A DNA stretch of 63,385 bases, counting the filler, from Octopus bimaculoides (Eukaryota): NCBI RefSeq assembly GCF_001194135.2. It is 5 parts of 4 records of this genome, joined end to end, with 100 filler letters (N's around TTAATTAATTAA, not from the genome) between each part and the next. Parts side by side here need not be neighbours in the genome. Positions count along the whole stretch, not along the records: positions 44,599 to 63,385 come from NC_068985.1; 4 more parts are not named here. One strand, 5' to 3'. The notes under the pieces were generated by a model. The model was not told where the DNA came from and made no database searches. It saw only the letters and a list, made by a program, of their open reading frames with translations. Position 1 is the stretch's first letter; each line of letters begins with the position of its first letter. The translations under genes and the position numbers were made by a program. Shown here piece after piece: positions 61,477 through 63,385 of the stretch.

Positions 61477-61658
61477 GTATTTACATGGGGAGTCACCAGT
61501 TGAAGAGAATAAATTGTAAACATTGTTGAATGCTACAGAAAGTAATTGTGTGTTCTTGATTGTCCATTTGGTTGGATTTTTTCCCTCTCATTTCGCTGAA
61601 TACTCATACGTCGTTTTCGACGGAAGAGTCCGTTATTTATATAAATATCTACATACAT

Positions 61659-61659
<1 letters not shown>

Positions 61660-61738
<79 letters not shown>
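61660..61738. repeat. (GATA)n microsatellite
   Basis: Direct read. Confidence 0.95.
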
Positions 61739-61739
<1 letters not shown>

Positions 61740-61786
61740 AGTATGCATGTATACGTGTATATATGTATGCATTTATTTGTATGGGT

Positions 61787-61822
<36 letters not shown>

Positions 61823-62019
61823 CAATAATTCTAGTATGAAATTTATAAATATTTAATACTTCACTACGTATGTTTCCACAATTCTCATGATTTTGACACC
61901 AGAGTCAGAAACCTTGGAATTAGTATGGTATAATCGTATTATCCCTGGGCATCCGGTTGATCATGATCATTGGATGCAACTCCGCAAAACTGACGCACTA
62001 GTCAGTATCATTAGACGGT

Positions 62020-62925
62020 TGTCGGCATAATGAAGTAGGTGTATTTTCATACCCCTAATGCTATCTTAAACAAATTTAAACGATATATATATATAGCTGC
62101 AGAAAGGAAGGTATACCAAGAAACGAACAGACTGTGCACTACAAAAGCCAGTGCACCTTAAAGTGATGAACTGAGGTATGCACGGCTGACAAGGAATAGG
62201 ACCTCTACTGCAGAAGGAAGAGCAGTTGCAATAGCTCAGAGAAACAAATCCTATGGAGCAGCGTTCAAATATGATCCACCAGTCCATTATGCAGATGACA
62301 CTTGAGTTTTCATTGGTGCAATGACAAATGAATGCATACATTGTAAAGCAAGGAAGTGGTCTGGAGAGACACCTGCACTCTGCTGCAGTGTTGGAAAGGT
62401 TAAACTCCCTGCAATCCCCTAACCTCTAGAGCCATTGCAGAAACTGTTGTCACCAACTGACCAAGATTCCAAGCACTTCTAAAACAAAATTAGTCAATAC
62501 AACGCTGCATTAAAGATGACATCATTTGGAGCGACAAGAGATTTAACTGAACTAGGATTCATGCAAGCGTTCAAGACCCAAGGTCAGATTTATCATCGGA
62601 TTAGCTCTCTATTGCCTATGTCAAATGAATCGCCAAAATCGCCCTTTCATTGTTTATAATCTTTCATTGTTTATATTTGGTTGCCAAATAAGCTAGACAA
62701 AACGTGTTTTCGAATTACGTATATTTACTTTGTATACATATATGAGTTGAAAACTTTCTATTAAAATTTCACTTAACGTCTATGTTCCATGTTGGCATGA
62801 GTCGGAGAGTTATTAATGTAGAAAGTTGGTATCTCAGCTACCAGCTGTTAAGACCTGCGTAATCTAGACGGTGCTTTTAAATTTCATTATTCTCTTTAAC
62901 CCGGGCGTTGCTCGGGTTCTGCTAG
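62020..62925 (+). mobile_element. Internally deleted Helitron with intact 3' terminus
   Basis: 62258-62640 reads AAFKYDP..HY....IGAM..EC.HCKARKW.GE...LCCS.GKVKLP...PLEPL..LL...DSKHF..KI.QYNAA.KMTSFGA...FK.QGQIYHRI.SLLP (3 stops). The 3' hairpin AACCCGGGC-GTT-GCTCGGGTT (62898-62918) is followed by CTAG|T at 62922-62926. Confidence 0.92.
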
Positions 62926-62992
62926 TTATTTATATAATAATATAATCTCCACTTAAAGTAGCTAAACCTAAACGATTGACCGAAAAGAAGAT

Positions 62993-63069
62993 AGGCCGAA
63001 CCACTGAGAATTGAACAGGACATAAATGCTTAAACGGCTCCGCGCACACCCAACTCAGCCATGTAGCCC
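62993..63069 (-). pseudogene. tRNA-like sequence (tRNA pseudogene or SINE head)
   Basis: Reverse strand GGGCTACATGGCTGAGTTGG (A box) ... TGTTCAATTC (B box); acceptor-stem pairing is poor. Confidence 0.4.
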
Positions 63070-63090
63070 ATCCAAGAATTTCAGCCAAAC

Positions 63091-63385
63091 ATTATAAAAA
63101 TGGGTACCAGCATTGAGACTGATATTCATTACAAACCGACTGATTCCAAGCAATACCTTCTGTTCACCTCCAATCACCCAAAACATACAAAGACAAACAT
63201 TCCCTTCAACCTTGCGAGAAGAATTTGCACAATTGTCTCTAATTATAGAACTCGAAATAAAAGACTCGAAGAACTAAAGGCAATTCTCCTCGAAAGACAT
63301 TACCCAGCATCATTAGTTGACAATGGAATAGAACGGGCCAAGGCAAGTGCTACCCATGACCTGCGAAAACCGAAACACATACACG
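63091..63385 (+). mobile_element. 5'-truncated Penelope-like RT thumb region, open frame running off the window
   Basis: 98 uninterrupted codons: IIKMGTSIETDIHYKPTDSKQYLLFTSNHPKHTKTNIPFNLARRICTIVSNYRTRNKRLEELKAILLERHYPASLVDNGIERAK...; same clade as 56284-58333. Confidence 0.9.

Overview
Eukaryotic, AT-rich, repeat-dense genomic DNA from a draft scaffold, with roughly 4.5-5 kb of N gaps. The repeat content points to an octopod cephalopod such as Octopus bimaculoides (inference from family recognition, not a database search). I found no confidently identifiable intact host gene and no prokaryotic features; the window reads as intergenic DNA or a very long intron. It is a mosaic of decayed mobile DNA. 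(i) At least five tRNA-headed or RTE-tailed SINE families, about 30 copies. (ii) Five distinct Penelope-like retroelement (PLE) remnants: a near full-length RT+GIY-YIG copy interrupted by a SINE, a head-to-head inverted pair, a probable Naiad-type C-terminal RT, a hidden minus-strand remnant, and an open ORF running off the right edge. (iii) R4/Dong-type and RTE LINE fragments. (iv) Tc1/mariner remnants (Hsmar1-like, DD37D/maT-like, Tc1). (v) Two Helitron fragments, one with an intact 3' hairpin+CTAG. (vi) Several unclassified foldback/MITE elements, mini- and microsatellites. Most ORF-track entries are translations of microsatellites or N-gaps. The most noteworthy signals are a recurring hammerhead-ribozyme-like core (CUGANGA-A-stem-GAAA) on several short non-coding elements and at PLE 3' ends, the Naiad-like RT, a composite SINE carrying an internal microsatellite, and a candidate recursive splice site. 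None of these is established as a new system from sequence alone.
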